From Paenacidovorax caeni (GTDB taxonomy: Bacteria; Pseudomonadota; Gammaproteobacteria; Burkholderiales; Methylophilaceae), in the NCBI GenBank assembly GCA_943367475.1, contig CALRJH020000003.1, forward strand, positions 97,985-161,984: 64,000 nt of DNA. The letters are read 5' to 3'. The position numbers and the translations under genes are program-made. Positions 10,445 through 19,637 of the stretch are shown here, piece by piece. The notes beneath the pieces were generated by a model. The model was not told the DNA's origin and made no database searches. It saw only the letters and a program-made list of their open reading frames with translations. How positions within the stretch are numbered: position 1 is the stretch's first letter; the number at the start of each line of letters is the position of its first letter.

Positions 10445-11737
10445 TTACAAAGCATGGATATAATTTGCAATCGCTTGCATTTGCGCATTGGCCTGATTCA
10501 TGACAGGCACTAGCTGACTTTCCAGACTTGATTTTGTTTGATCACGGCATTGTAGCGATTTAAACAAGCCTGATACGATTGCGTCTGCGTCAAGTATCCT
10601 GGGGTCAAATACATGGTGTTCTTGACCACAAGTCGCAAAAACACCACGCGTTTTGTCGCTGTAAGAAATGGAAGCCGCTGGCGTTGCTGTGGACAGTGCA
10701 GCAATGGTTGCATGCATACGTGTGCCACAAAACCATTGCATATTTGAAATAATCCACTTTACCTGAGACTGGTTAAGATTTGTTGGTGTCACGGCAATTC
10801 TGTTTTGGTAACTCTCATCTAATTGAGATATTACCTGGTGACAAGCCAAAGCATCGGACTCGTAATGCCCTCCGACATCCATCACATGTGGAATCAGCAG
10901 AACCCGGCAATCAGTATCAGTCAATACCTTTTTGATAAACTGGAAGACCGTCTGGTTATAATCTACAATAAATCCGTAGTGAGATTTGGCTGCTGCGGGA
11001 TCATGATAAATCAGTCCACTGATGTTGAAACCAATAACTGGATGCTCTTTTGACTCCGCTATCCATCTTGCTGTAGTTTGATCCAGCGTATCTAATGCAG
11101 GTTGTAGTGGCAACTTAAATGCCATATCCACGCCACATAAATGAATGCTTGGGTTAAATGACTTGCCCAGTATTTCTTTTATAATGCCAAAGCTTTCCTC
11201 ATCTCGGGCCCAAACCATAGATGCAGACTTGATTGCTGATGTGGACGCATGTAAAACCTTTTTGTCTTTGAAAGGGCCATACGTTTGAGGAGCTAATATC
11301 AGTGGCTTACCGAGTTTAGCAGCGATTAGTTTTGGCAAAAGTATGGCAGAAAAGCGCTTGCCACCATAAATATCGCTAAAACTGTCACCGCCAGAAACAT
11401 CAATCACAGCATCACAAGTATCAAGAAGCTTTAATCCACGGTTAAGTTGTGTCCCAAAACGACCAAAGTTTGATAAAAAAAGCATGCTGTGCAAGTTTTC
11501 CGGAAGATGATATTTCCGTCCACCTCTTGCACCGAAAAACTCACATGAAATCCTATTATTATTAATCAGTACATCGTTTTTACGATATCCACGCTGAAAA
11601 TCGAACACAACAAAACTGATATGCCCGGAAAACGCCTGAAAAAGCTCATGGATTAAACTCACAAAAAGTGCTGATACACCCATATTAGGCGTATCGGGCG
11701 AAGCACCAAATATGGCTACTTTATATTCACGTTGCAA
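10445..11737 (-). CDS. Polysaccharide pyruvyl transferase family protein (WcaK/AmsJ-like)
   Basis: 430 aa. N-terminal KVAIFGASPDTPNMGVSAL and DVSGGDSFSDIYG motifs are typical of WcaK-like pyruvyl transferases. Confidence 0.7.
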   Translation of the reverse strand: MQREYKVAIFGASPDTPNMGVSALFVSLIHELFQAFSGHISFVVFDFQRGYRKNDVLINNNRISCEFFGARGGRKYHLPENLHSMLFLSNFGRFGTQLNRGLKLLDTCDAVIDVSGGDSFSDIYGGKRFSAILLPKLIAAKLGKPLILAPQTYGPFKDKKVLHASTSAIKSASMVWARDEESFGIIKEILGKSFNPSIHLCGVDMAFKLPLQPALDTLDQTTARWIAESKEHPVIGFNISGLIYHDPAAAKSHYGFIVDYNQTVFQFIKKVLTDTDCRVLLIPHVMDVGGHYESDALACHQVISQLDESYQNRIAVTPTNLNQSQVKWIISNMQWFCGTRMHATIAALSTATPAASISYSDKTRGVFATCGQEHHVFDPRILDADAIVSGLFKSLQCRDQTKSSLESQLVPVMNQANAQMQAIANYIHAL

Positions 11738-11755
11738 ACGGGTACTCCCAAACTT

Positions 11756-12520
11756 TTAATAGTAGTAGCTACTGATTTGATCTTCTGCTTTGTTAAAGGC
11801 AAACCCTAATAATTTATCTGAAGGGATCATGCGCTTCATTTGCTGAATTTCGTCTTGCGTATTTATGCCGTTAGAGATGACAGCAAGCACACAATCTACC
11901 TGTGGAATAACCACTCGCGCATCATCTACGTTTAAAATAGGTGGCAGATCAAAAATTACAATTCTTGATTGATAACGATTTCTCAAATCTGAAATCATTT
12001 TTTCCACTTTAGAACTTGACAGTAATTCTGAAGAATTGGCAATAGGCTTATTGGTTGGTAAAACGACAATACGTGGAAGGCCTGGATTCACAATTACCTC
12101 AGAAAGCGGTTCGCCAAACACAAAAAAATCATTCAGTGATTTTTCCACATTGAGCCCCAAATAATTCGCCACTTTAGGTCGTCTCAAGTCAAAATCCACG
12201 AGAATTACGCTACGTTCTGGCTGATGGGCAATACTCATCGCCAAATTGATAGACACAAAAGTTTTACCTGATTCAGGCGTAGGCGAAACCACAGCGAGTG
12301 TTCGCCAGCCTTTTTCATCCATTTTTCGCAATACTTCTGTGCGCAGCAAATCAAACACTGAGCTGATATGGTTGGATTTGTCGTATGCAAAAATATTATT
12401 TTTTTGCAGAATCAGTCGGTTTAATTTAACAACTCTGGTATTCGTATACTCAATATTCTCTAAACTGTTATCAGCGTTTAAAGCTTCAGGCATTTGATGA
12501 TTATTTGTCATTTCATTCAT
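11756..12520 (-). CDS. epsG: Chain-length-determinant tyrosine autokinase (BY-kinase), EpsG-type
   Basis: 254 aa. Walker A SPTPESGKTFVS, Walker A' VILVDFDLRRP, Walker B IVIFDLPP, and a C-terminal tyrosine cluster SSYYY. Confidence 0.85.
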   Translation of the reverse strand: MNEMTNNHQMPEALNADNSLENIEYTNTRVVKLNRLILQKNNIFAYDKSNHISSVFDLLRTEVLRKMDEKGWRTLAVVSPTPESGKTFVSINLAMSIAHQPERSVILVDFDLRRPKVANYLGLNVEKSLNDFFVFGEPLSEVIVNPGLPRIVVLPTNKPIANSSELLSSSKVEKMISDLRNRYQSRIVIFDLPPILNVDDARVVIPQVDCVLAVISNGINTQDEIQQMKRMIPSDKLLGFAFNKAEDQISSYYY

Positions 12521-12533
12521 TTTTCATCTCCAG

Positions 12534-14153
12534 CTAAAACTTAGCTATGATTTTTACAATTAACAAGTCTATTGGCATCACGAATAGATGTATGACGAGT
12601 AGTGCAAGCGTAACAATAATCAGCCCCATGATCAGTAAAATAAAGAATGTCTTGCGTCGTTTGGAAAGTTGTTTATGGTCCTGAATCAATGGGATTGTCG
12701 CAAGAGCATATTGACCCATTAGTGCGCTAACTGCTTTTACACCACGTACTTTGGGATTAATCATTTCGAGCAGTAATGCAAAAATCGCAGGAATAATTAA
12801 TGATGCAGGTATTGCAATGCCAAGTAATTGCAGACGATTTGGTTTAATAGGCCTATCTGGCAGTACAGGAGGCTCAACCAATGAAAAGCGTTCAGCCTTA
12901 TTATCTTGCTCTAGATTTTGCGTAATTTTTGCATTCAGTTGCTTAGACCTTACCTCTTCATACTTTTGTTTGGCGTTTTCATAATCGCGTTGTAATGTTA
13001 GCAACTCTCTGTTGACAATAGGTGACAAAGTCATGTCGCGTTCCTGCTGTTCAATTTTGGCAAGGACTTCCTTCTTTTGTTTATCAAGCGCAACAAGCTT
13101 GCTCTCGGCAGCTTCCAATTGTGCTTTGAGTTTTGCAACCAACAGACTTTGATCATTTATTTCACGTTTGTTAGCTGTAGGTGCAGTGTTTGTTTCTCCA
13201 GCCTTTTCACTTTGCGTATTTTCAACAGTTTCAAGTGATTTAATTTTTCCAATAAGCGTTTGCATTGTCGGATGATTATCTTTGTAAACACCCTGCAGTT
13301 GTGCATATTGTGCTTTTAGTTTATCCAGTTCCGATAGTGAGTTTGCTTTTGTAACTGTGCCGGAAACAAGGCTATCTTGTTTTGTTAACAGTCCGGCTTC
13401 TGCACCCATTAACTCAACCTTGAGGAATCGAATTTCATCCTGCGCAAGTCTTTGCTCACGCTCAATATCTTTAATTTTAGAGTCCATTCGCTCCAAAGAG
13501 GCCATATACAGTTGCTGGTGCTCTGGTAATGAACTTGCATTTCTCTGTTTGAAAACCGCCACCTTTTCTTCAGTATCTTCCAGTTGCTTTCTTAAAGATT
13601 CAGCCTGCTCTGCCAAAAACGCAGTTGTTTCAGTTGCGCTTTCGGTACGCGCTTTGACATTCTCGTCCAAAAACAAGGTAACCAACTCATTGGTTACCTT
13701 GTAAGCAATATCAGCACGTTCACTATCGAATATGAGGTCAAATGCAATGGTCACCTTATTATTACGTTTACCAGTTTCAGCACTTACCATACTGACTGTA
13801 ATATTTTTACGCATGCTATCAATGACTTCTGATGAAGTCATTGATTGACGTTTGGTTTTATACAGACCGTGCTTTTCTATAATTTTGTATAAATTTTCCC
13901 GCGTTAAGACACGCTGCTTAATCACCTCAATACGCTCATCAGCAAATGTTGCGGCAGTACCCTGCACAAAATCTTTAGAAATTTGCTGAGATTCAATCAG
14001 AATCGTCCCTTTGGACTCAAACACAGAAGGCAATGCAATAATTACCAGCACAGCAATACTCAGAATTACTACAAAACCAATTGTAATAGCCATCCAGTGT
14101 CGTTTTAGTACACTGATGTAATCAGACATCGTCATTTCATATTCAGCAGCCAT
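12534..14153 (-). CDS. epsF: Polysaccharide chain-length determinant (Wzz/PCP) protein, EpsF-type
   Basis: 539 aa. N-terminal TM, a long coiled-coil periplasmic region (E/K/Q-rich), a proline-rich PPVLPDRPIKPNR segment before the C-terminal TM(s). Directly upstream of the kinase partner. Confidence 0.8.
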   Translation of the reverse strand: MAAEYEMTMSDYISVLKRHWMAITIGFVVILSIAVLVIIALPSVFESKGTILIESQQISKDFVQGTAATFADERIEVIKQRVLTRENLYKIIEKHGLYKTKRQSMTSSEVIDSMRKNITVSMVSAETGKRNNKVTIAFDLIFDSERADIAYKVTNELVTLFLDENVKARTESATETTAFLAEQAESLRKQLEDTEEKVAVFKQRNASSLPEHQQLYMASLERMDSKIKDIEREQRLAQDEIRFLKVELMGAEAGLLTKQDSLVSGTVTKANSLSELDKLKAQYAQLQGVYKDNHPTMQTLIGKIKSLETVENTQSEKAGETNTAPTANKREINDQSLLVAKLKAQLEAAESKLVALDKQKKEVLAKIEQQERDMTLSPIVNRELLTLQRDYENAKQKYEEVRSKQLNAKITQNLEQDNKAERFSLVEPPVLPDRPIKPNRLQLLGIAIPASLIIPAIFALLLEMINPKVRGVKAVSALMGQYALATIPLIQDHKQLSKRRKTFFILLIMGLIIVTLALLVIHLFVMPIDLLIVKIIAKF

Positions 14154-14170
14154 AATTCACACCTGTTTTT

Positions 14171-15325
14171 TTAATAATCATCTTGAAAGTCAGAAAATCC
14201 ATATTTAATAACAAAACCAACTATATTTGATGTTGTATCCGCGTTAGTAGCTGTTCTTTGTCTATGTTTTGCATAAAGGTTAAAACCCCATTCGTTATTT
14301 AATTTCTTGTTATATCCAATACTGGAACTAGCTGTTTCAACTTGATTTATTGTATTGTTTTTATTGAGTGCATATGAAAGATAAAAGTCATTCTCATCAT
14401 TTATTTTGCGACTCCACTTTAGCAGCGCTTTGTCAGATTCTTGGAAGCCTAAACCATTGGGGCGCACTGAACGTATGAAAGAGGCATTGAATGTATCTCT
14501 CTCAGCCGTATAAGTTGAGTTTGCACTATAGGTTAAGCCGTCATTTGCTGGCAAATCCTTCAAATAAACGCGACTTTTACCTACCGAAATATCTAACACA
14601 ACTGATTGCAATGGCATCCAACTCAAACCAACGGTTGGATTTAGGAGATATGTTTTTCCAGTAGAGCGGGAAATCTCAGTCACTGAAACTGCTATGATTC
14701 CACTTAATTTATCGTTGAACTGATAGTTATAGCTGCTATTTAAACTAGAGCTCGTATATGCTCTTAATTGATTGCTACCACTAAAACTATTATCAGATAA
14801 GCTATACCCTGTATTTAAAGTAGCTATTGAAGAAAACTGATAAATGCCATTAATATTAAAGAAACGCGTATACCGACTACCATCGGCAAAAACCAAGCCA
14901 GTATCGTCAAACTCCGAAATACGCGTTGACCTCTTAGAAAAACCTACACTAGATGAAATTGCACCTTTGGAGAACAAGTGGTTGAATCCAAGAGTAATTT
15001 TGGGATCATTTCTATCGACACTAACTTCGGAATCAGTGCTACGCTGCACAGTAAAAGCCATATCAAGATACTGCTCATCGTGGTCACTATTATGCTGAAT
15101 TTTGTATCTAGGGATAAAACGGCTGATCCAAACTGATACAGGATCCTCACTTAAACGTGGATTCGTGTCAAAAATCAAAGCGCTGTATAAATCAACCGAT
15201 TGTGAAATGCTGTCATCAATCTTAGGAAGTGCCTGAGCGATTGCATCTGCCTTACACGAATCAATTGCTAATAAGCCCAATGCTATCAAGGTCAGGGTTC
15301 TGTACATTTGATGCTTAAGTAACAT
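14171..15325 (-). CDS. epsL: Outer-membrane beta-barrel protein, EpsL-like (exosortase-B locus associated)
   Basis: 384 aa. Has a signal peptide, alternating S/T/N/Y-rich amphipathic strands, and an aromatic residue near the C-terminus. Sits between epsE and epsF. Confidence 0.6.
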   Translation of the reverse strand: MLLKHQMYRTLTLIALGLLAIDSCKADAIAQALPKIDDSISQSVDLYSALIFDTNPRLSEDPVSVWISRFIPRYKIQHNSDHDEQYLDMAFTVQRSTDSEVSVDRNDPKITLGFNHLFSKGAISSSVGFSKRSTRISEFDDTGLVFADGSRYTRFFNINGIYQFSSIATLNTGYSLSDNSFSGSNQLRAYTSSSLNSSYNYQFNDKLSGIIAVSVTEISRSTGKTYLLNPTVGLSWMPLQSVVLDISVGKSRVYLKDLPANDGLTYSANSTYTAERDTFNASFIRSVRPNGLGFQESDKALLKWSRKINDENDFYLSYALNKNNTINQVETASSSIGYNKKLNNEWGFNLYAKHRQRTATNADTTSNIVGFVIKYGFSDFQDDY

Positions 15326-15365
15326 TATTGTCTTTTTTATAGTTAATTATTTTTAAGATTACACT

Positions 15366-15923
15366 TCAAGGAACAACGATAGTATCGCCTGATTTTAACA
15401 AAATATTAGACTCAAGATTTTTACCCTTTACCAAGTCTCCATAATCCACTTTGAATACTTGCTGACCCTCCATTGTACTTCTAATCACTTTGATATTATC
15501 CTCATCCGCAAAGCGATCTAAAGCCCCTGCAATTGCAATTGCCTGCAAAACCGTCGTGGGAGTGTTCAATAAGACTGGCCCTGGTTTTAATACTTTACCA
15601 ACCACATAGGCTCTGTTGCCTTCAACGCCAGTAACTACAACAGTTACTTTAGGTACTGGCAAATACTCTTTTAACTTTTCTGTGATAAAGGCTTCAACCT
15701 GTTGCGTAGTATAACCAACCACTTGAAAGTTACCTGCCAAAGGAAAAGAAATTGTGCCATCAGGCAATACCATAATATCTTTCAAATTCAGCGTATCTTC
15801 ACCCCAGACTGAAATAGCAACACGATCTCCCTGCAGCAACTTGTACTGCAAAGACACATCCTCAACAGCACAAGCAACGTGAGAAACAATCAGTAATGTA
15901 ATAAGATAGAACAGTTTTCTCAT
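15366..15923 (-). CDS. epsE: Polysaccharide export (OPX, Wza-like) periplasmic protein, short EpsE-type
   Basis: 185 aa. Signal peptide, PES motif region (YKLLQGDRVAISVW), LPDGTISFPLAG, and a C-terminal SLBB-like LKSGDTIVVP. No C-terminal membrane helix. Confidence 0.8.
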   Translation of the reverse strand: MRKLFYLITLLIVSHVACAVEDVSLQYKLLQGDRVAISVWGEDTLNLKDIMVLPDGTISFPLAGNFQVVGYTTQQVEAFITEKLKEYLPVPKVTVVVTGVEGNRAYVVGKVLKPGPVLLNTPTTVLQAIAIAGALDRFADEDNIKVIRSTMEGQQVFKVDYGDLVKGKNLESNILLKSGDTIVVP

Positions 15924-16001
15924 TTTTATCTCAAATTAACAATTCAACAATAAGTATAAGCTATTTAGTTTATTTTATAGGACAAAAATACATTCAAGCA
16001 T

Positions 16002-16031
16002 AAAAAAAAAGGGGCTTATAGCCCCTTTTTT
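16002..16031 (-). terminator. Rho-independent terminator after the VPxP-CTERM gene
   Basis: GGGGCTATAAGCCCC hairpin flanked by A9 and T6 on the plus strand, so the minus strand reads hairpin followed by T9. Confidence 0.8.
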
Positions 16032-16043
16032 GAGTAAAAACAA

Positions 16044-16535
16044 TTAAGCCATTACTGCATTTTTTCTGCGGCGCAAAGCACCGAAACCAACCATTGCTGA
16101 ACCAAACAACCAAGCAGCTGCTGGAACTGGTACTGTTGCAACTGCAGCAGCCAAAGCAAATGGTGCTGTCGCATCACCTCTCAGGCGTAACACATAAGTT
16201 TGACCTGCATTCAAAGCATAGGTCACCAATCCATCGGTAGAAAATACCAAACCGGTGTTTGCAACAACACTACCAGCATTAACTTCAGCTGAACCGTTGC
16301 CGAAAATGTTGGTTACGTCAGTAAACAAAGCAGCTGTAACTTCACCAAACAATACATCCAGAGTCAGAGTGCTGTTGTAACTTGAAAAGAATTCAAAGTA
16401 CTGATCAGTTGTAGACTCAGTAAAATTGTAAGTTGTGCCATTAGTTAAACCGTAAGAAGCGCCCACTGGAACGATCGCAGCGTTTGCACTTGCAGCACCA
16501 AGCAACAGGGATAAACCTAAAATTGCCTTTTTCAT
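16044..16535 (-). CDS. Small secreted exosortase-substrate protein with a VPxP-type PEP-CTERM sorting signal
   Basis: 163 aa. Signal peptide MKKAILGLSLLLGAASANA. C-terminus VPVPAAAWLFGSAMVGFGALRRRKNAVMA (motif, TM, basic cluster). AGGAG RBS 8 nt upstream. Has its own AT-rich upstream region and terminator. Confidence 0.8.
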   Translation of the reverse strand: MKKAILGLSLLLGAASANAAIVPVGASYGLTNGTTYNFTESTTDQYFEFFSSYNSTLTLDVLFGEVTAALFTDVTNIFGNGSAEVNAGSVVANTGLVFSTDGLVTYALNAGQTYVLRLRGDATAPFALAAAVATVPVPAAAWLFGSAMVGFGALRRRKNAVMA

Positions 16536-16792
16536 ATAAAAACTCCTAGAAAGTAAAGATTAAAGAGAACAACTAAACCAGATTCATGAAACTTATTTTA
16601 CTGCTTATTTTTTTTAAACCAATAGCCCAAAAGAGCTATAAGTTAACAATACATCACTCCAATTATTTGGTTTTAATTTAACATTAATTTAAACAAATTC
16701 CAAGCGTTATTTACATTTAATATCGTAACAATATTTTGTTGTGTTTTTTTAATACACGAATCAAAAAATCAGGCTCTTGAAATCGTTTCTAT

Positions 16793-18700
16793 CTACTTTC
16801 CAGTGATGTTATTCAAATTATACAACTCTAAAGAATGCTGCCCTGGTTGCATTAATACAATCTGATTCAGCTTGTCTTGAGAGATGATGTCGGGTTTTAT
16901 TTTCAGCGCCCTGAGCAAGTCCTGTCTAGCCGTGACCGTTTGACCAAGATAGGTTTTTAATTCAAATCTGTTAATTAATAGATATGGATTTGAAGGCTGC
17001 ATGGCAATTGCTTGGTTGCATGCATGCAATGCATTTTCAAGGTGTCCAAGTTGCATTTCAACGTAGCTCAGTTTTTGCCAGGCTTGCAACACCTCTGTGC
17101 CTTGTTTAACCGCTTTTTCGAGTTGTGCTTTAGCATCCTGATATCTTTTCAATTTGATCAGGGCATCGGCATACCACAAGCTCACATTTACCGGTGCATT
17201 TTCACAACTCAGCAATTTTTCAAAACATGCTGCAGCCAGTTCATAATGATGGCTACCTAGCGCAAGCATGCCATCAATCAAGTTCGTCCATACAGCACCA
17301 CTTTTGAGGTGCTGATATTGTTCAACCAGGTGCATGCATTCATTTACCTCATTCAGTTCCAGCAATGTTCTTGCAAGCATGATCAAGGCAGGGATATGGT
17401 TGGGATCGATGTTTATTAAGGCCTGCAAAGCCTGTTTGCCTCTCTCAAGATTACCCTTCTGCCTGAATGCATAGGAGAGTGCGTATAACTGTTGGATGCA
17501 TACCTGATCACGAATTTCGTATAAGCCGCTAAAATTCGCACAAGGTATATCAGCATCATTTACTAACAAATTGACATTCACCACTCCTTTTTCTGGCGGC
17601 ATCACAGATGAAATATCCAAATCAGCTTTTGGCCAAAGTTGCGGCACCCCAAGCGGACACAGCTCTTTAGTGGACTGATAAAGTGATTGCCCTGCCAGTT
17701 GCTCGTGAGGCGCAAACCCCAACATGGTTAATAACGTCGGACATATATCCAGCACCGCCACTTCGGGCAATACGCTGTCTTTCTTTATATCAGGCCCTTT
17801 GATAAACACCGCCCCTGGACCTTGCTGTGCAAATATACTTTCCGGCTTGCCGGTTAACACTTGCGGAACGCCTCTTTCTGACAATAGCATAAGATAATCA
17901 GAGTCTGCGAGATAGGACATATACTTTCCAAGCATGGCATCTATCAATTTATACCATCCAAGAAAGTAGTTTAACGGTGACTCATCAAACGAAATTTGAA
18001 ATGGCAGACCGTAAACAAGCGGCAGCGTATCAAACCTTAGCGCAAGAAACTGCCAATTACCCTCATCGGCCATTTGAAGGCCCAGGCTGTGCAAACTTAG
18101 TATTTGTGCAAGTAATAACGTGGAAGGCACTTTTAATTTGTCAACAAGTGCCGGGTTGGTGAACCTTAATAGATCACCTATGTATGCTTGAGGAATATCG
18201 TCAGCAATAATTCGATAATCAAGCACCTGATCTCGCCATGTTTTGGGATAGACGCTCTCAGGGTGCAATGGCCATACATCCTTCACGCCAGCATCAAGAT
18301 ATTGGATACCGTTGGCAACAACTATTCCATTATTAATATTTGCTGGAGAGGTTGCAGGCCACCCCAATACATGGCTGACTAGCCCTTGTGCGTCTGCATA
18401 CTCCCACACCCTGGGGACACGAAGGCGCAACTGCGACACGGCCTGACCTGATAATCCACCAGGCCCATACTCTAGGTCGGAGAGTATGCCATGCATTTCC
18501 TCGCTAACACCTGACATGGCAGTAGTCCAGTTAAGTGCAGCGGAAGCTTGAACGGGTGCGGGCATAGTACCAGCCGCTGACTCTTCAAAGAGTTTTGAAA
18601 AATGCGGCAGATGTCCACTATCACAATACAGTTGAATACAGTCCCAGTCGAGACCATCAAACGCCAGCAACATCACTTTACGTTGAGGATTTGCGTTCAC
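16793..18700 (-). CDS. Alkaline-phosphatase-superfamily (type I phosphodiesterase/NPP-like) domain fused to C-terminal TPR repeats
   Basis: 635 aa with no signal peptide. N-terminus VMLLAFDGLDWD...NWTTAMSGVSEEMHGI follows the NPP-family pattern (metal Asp, Thr nucleophile, HG). The C-terminal ~230 aa has TPR-like A/L/Y periodicity. Confidence 0.6.
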   Translation of the reverse strand: MNANPQRKVMLLAFDGLDWDCIQLYCDSGHLPHFSKLFEESAAGTMPAPVQASAALNWTTAMSGVSEEMHGILSDLEYGPGGLSGQAVSQLRLRVPRVWEYADAQGLVSHVLGWPATSPANINNGIVVANGIQYLDAGVKDVWPLHPESVYPKTWRDQVLDYRIIADDIPQAYIGDLLRFTNPALVDKLKVPSTLLLAQILSLHSLGLQMADEGNWQFLALRFDTLPLVYGLPFQISFDESPLNYFLGWYKLIDAMLGKYMSYLADSDYLMLLSERGVPQVLTGKPESIFAQQGPGAVFIKGPDIKKDSVLPEVAVLDICPTLLTMLGFAPHEQLAGQSLYQSTKELCPLGVPQLWPKADLDISSVMPPEKGVVNVNLLVNDADIPCANFSGLYEIRDQVCIQQLYALSYAFRQKGNLERGKQALQALINIDPNHIPALIMLARTLLELNEVNECMHLVEQYQHLKSGAVWTNLIDGMLALGSHHYELAAACFEKLLSCENAPVNVSLWYADALIKLKRYQDAKAQLEKAVKQGTEVLQAWQKLSYVEMQLGHLENALHACNQAIAMQPSNPYLLINRFELKTYLGQTVTARQDLLRALKIKPDIISQDKLNQIVLMQPGQHSLELYNLNNITGK

Positions 18701-18716
18701 GCTGCACCCAAATCAA

Positions 18717-19607
18717 TTATGCATCAAGGTCATAAGCAAAAGACTCGCAAACTTCAAGGGTCTCTGCATTAAGTCTTGTAGCAATTTTTAGCGTAGATCG
18801 CGCATTATCATTACTATCAAACCGCGCAACACTATAGCCATGGTCATAGGCATTTTTTACAAAGTGGCATAAAAGCACGAGGGAAATTGCCGTGTTCCTT
18901 AATTCAGGAGATGTCATCCAAAAGTCCACCTTGGGTATATTCTCTTGATCAAGGTAACCAATAATAAAACCGACCGGCTTATTCTCAAGATATGCAATCG
19001 ATGACAATAAAGATGCCTGAGGCAAATAAGTCATCTGCTTGAGCCTTTGAACGCCAACTTCATAAGAAACCATAAAATGTGCACAATACATGTGTGCAAT
19101 TTCATGGGTCAGTGCATCTGTTAACGGAGATAACTGCAAGCCATTTAATGAATGATCTTTTTGCTGATATCGGTCTAGCAAACGCAACAAGATATGGGCT
19201 GATTCACGCACCACCTGAAATTTATGCACTTTTAGATAAGCATCAAACCCGCAGGCATTTAAAAAAGCATGTTCCACGCCATCAGAATAGGCTTGCCAAC
19301 TCAACAAATGCGGCACACTCCATGACCGTACGTAATTCGCGAGTTCACGGACAAGCAATTTCCCGATACCTTTTTTCCGATATGACGCGAGCACTCTTAC
19401 AAAAACAGGAAACCCTGGCTTTTGCGCATCTTTAATAATTGGAATTGACGCACCAGAAGCAACGATCACCTCAGGCTCATCGAGTGAAGTAACAACAAAT
19501 AATTTGTCTGGAAGACTGAAACTGGAGAGGACTTCTGGAATTAGGGATAAAGCATATTCCCATTCAGAATGTGCAGCAGGCCTTACAACCCATGAAACCT
19601 GCTGCAT
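18717..19607 (-). CDS. GNAT-family N-acetyltransferase, apparent tandem GNAT fold
   Basis: 296 aa. First half has an acetyl-CoA motif-A-like VRVLASYRKKGIGKLLVRELANY. The second half is GNAT-like but more degenerate. Confidence 0.55.
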   Translation of the reverse strand: MQQVSWVVRPAAHSEWEYALSLIPEVLSSFSLPDKLFVVTSLDEPEVIVASGASIPIIKDAQKPGFPVFVRVLASYRKKGIGKLLVRELANYVRSWSVPHLLSWQAYSDGVEHAFLNACGFDAYLKVHKFQVVRESAHILLRLLDRYQQKDHSLNGLQLSPLTDALTHEIAHMYCAHFMVSYEVGVQRLKQMTYLPQASLLSSIAYLENKPVGFIIGYLDQENIPKVDFWMTSPELRNTAISLVLLCHFVKNAYDHGYSVARFDSNDNARSTLKIATRLNAETLEVCESFAYDLDA

Positions 19608-19637
19608 ATTTGATTACTACAAAAACAGCGGATTGTC

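Noticed and set aside
16673-16694. Near-direct repeat TTAATTTAAC / TTAATTTAAAC upstream of the VPxP cargo gene
   Set aside because: It lies in a very AT-rich, low-complexity promoter region, where such matches are expected by chance.
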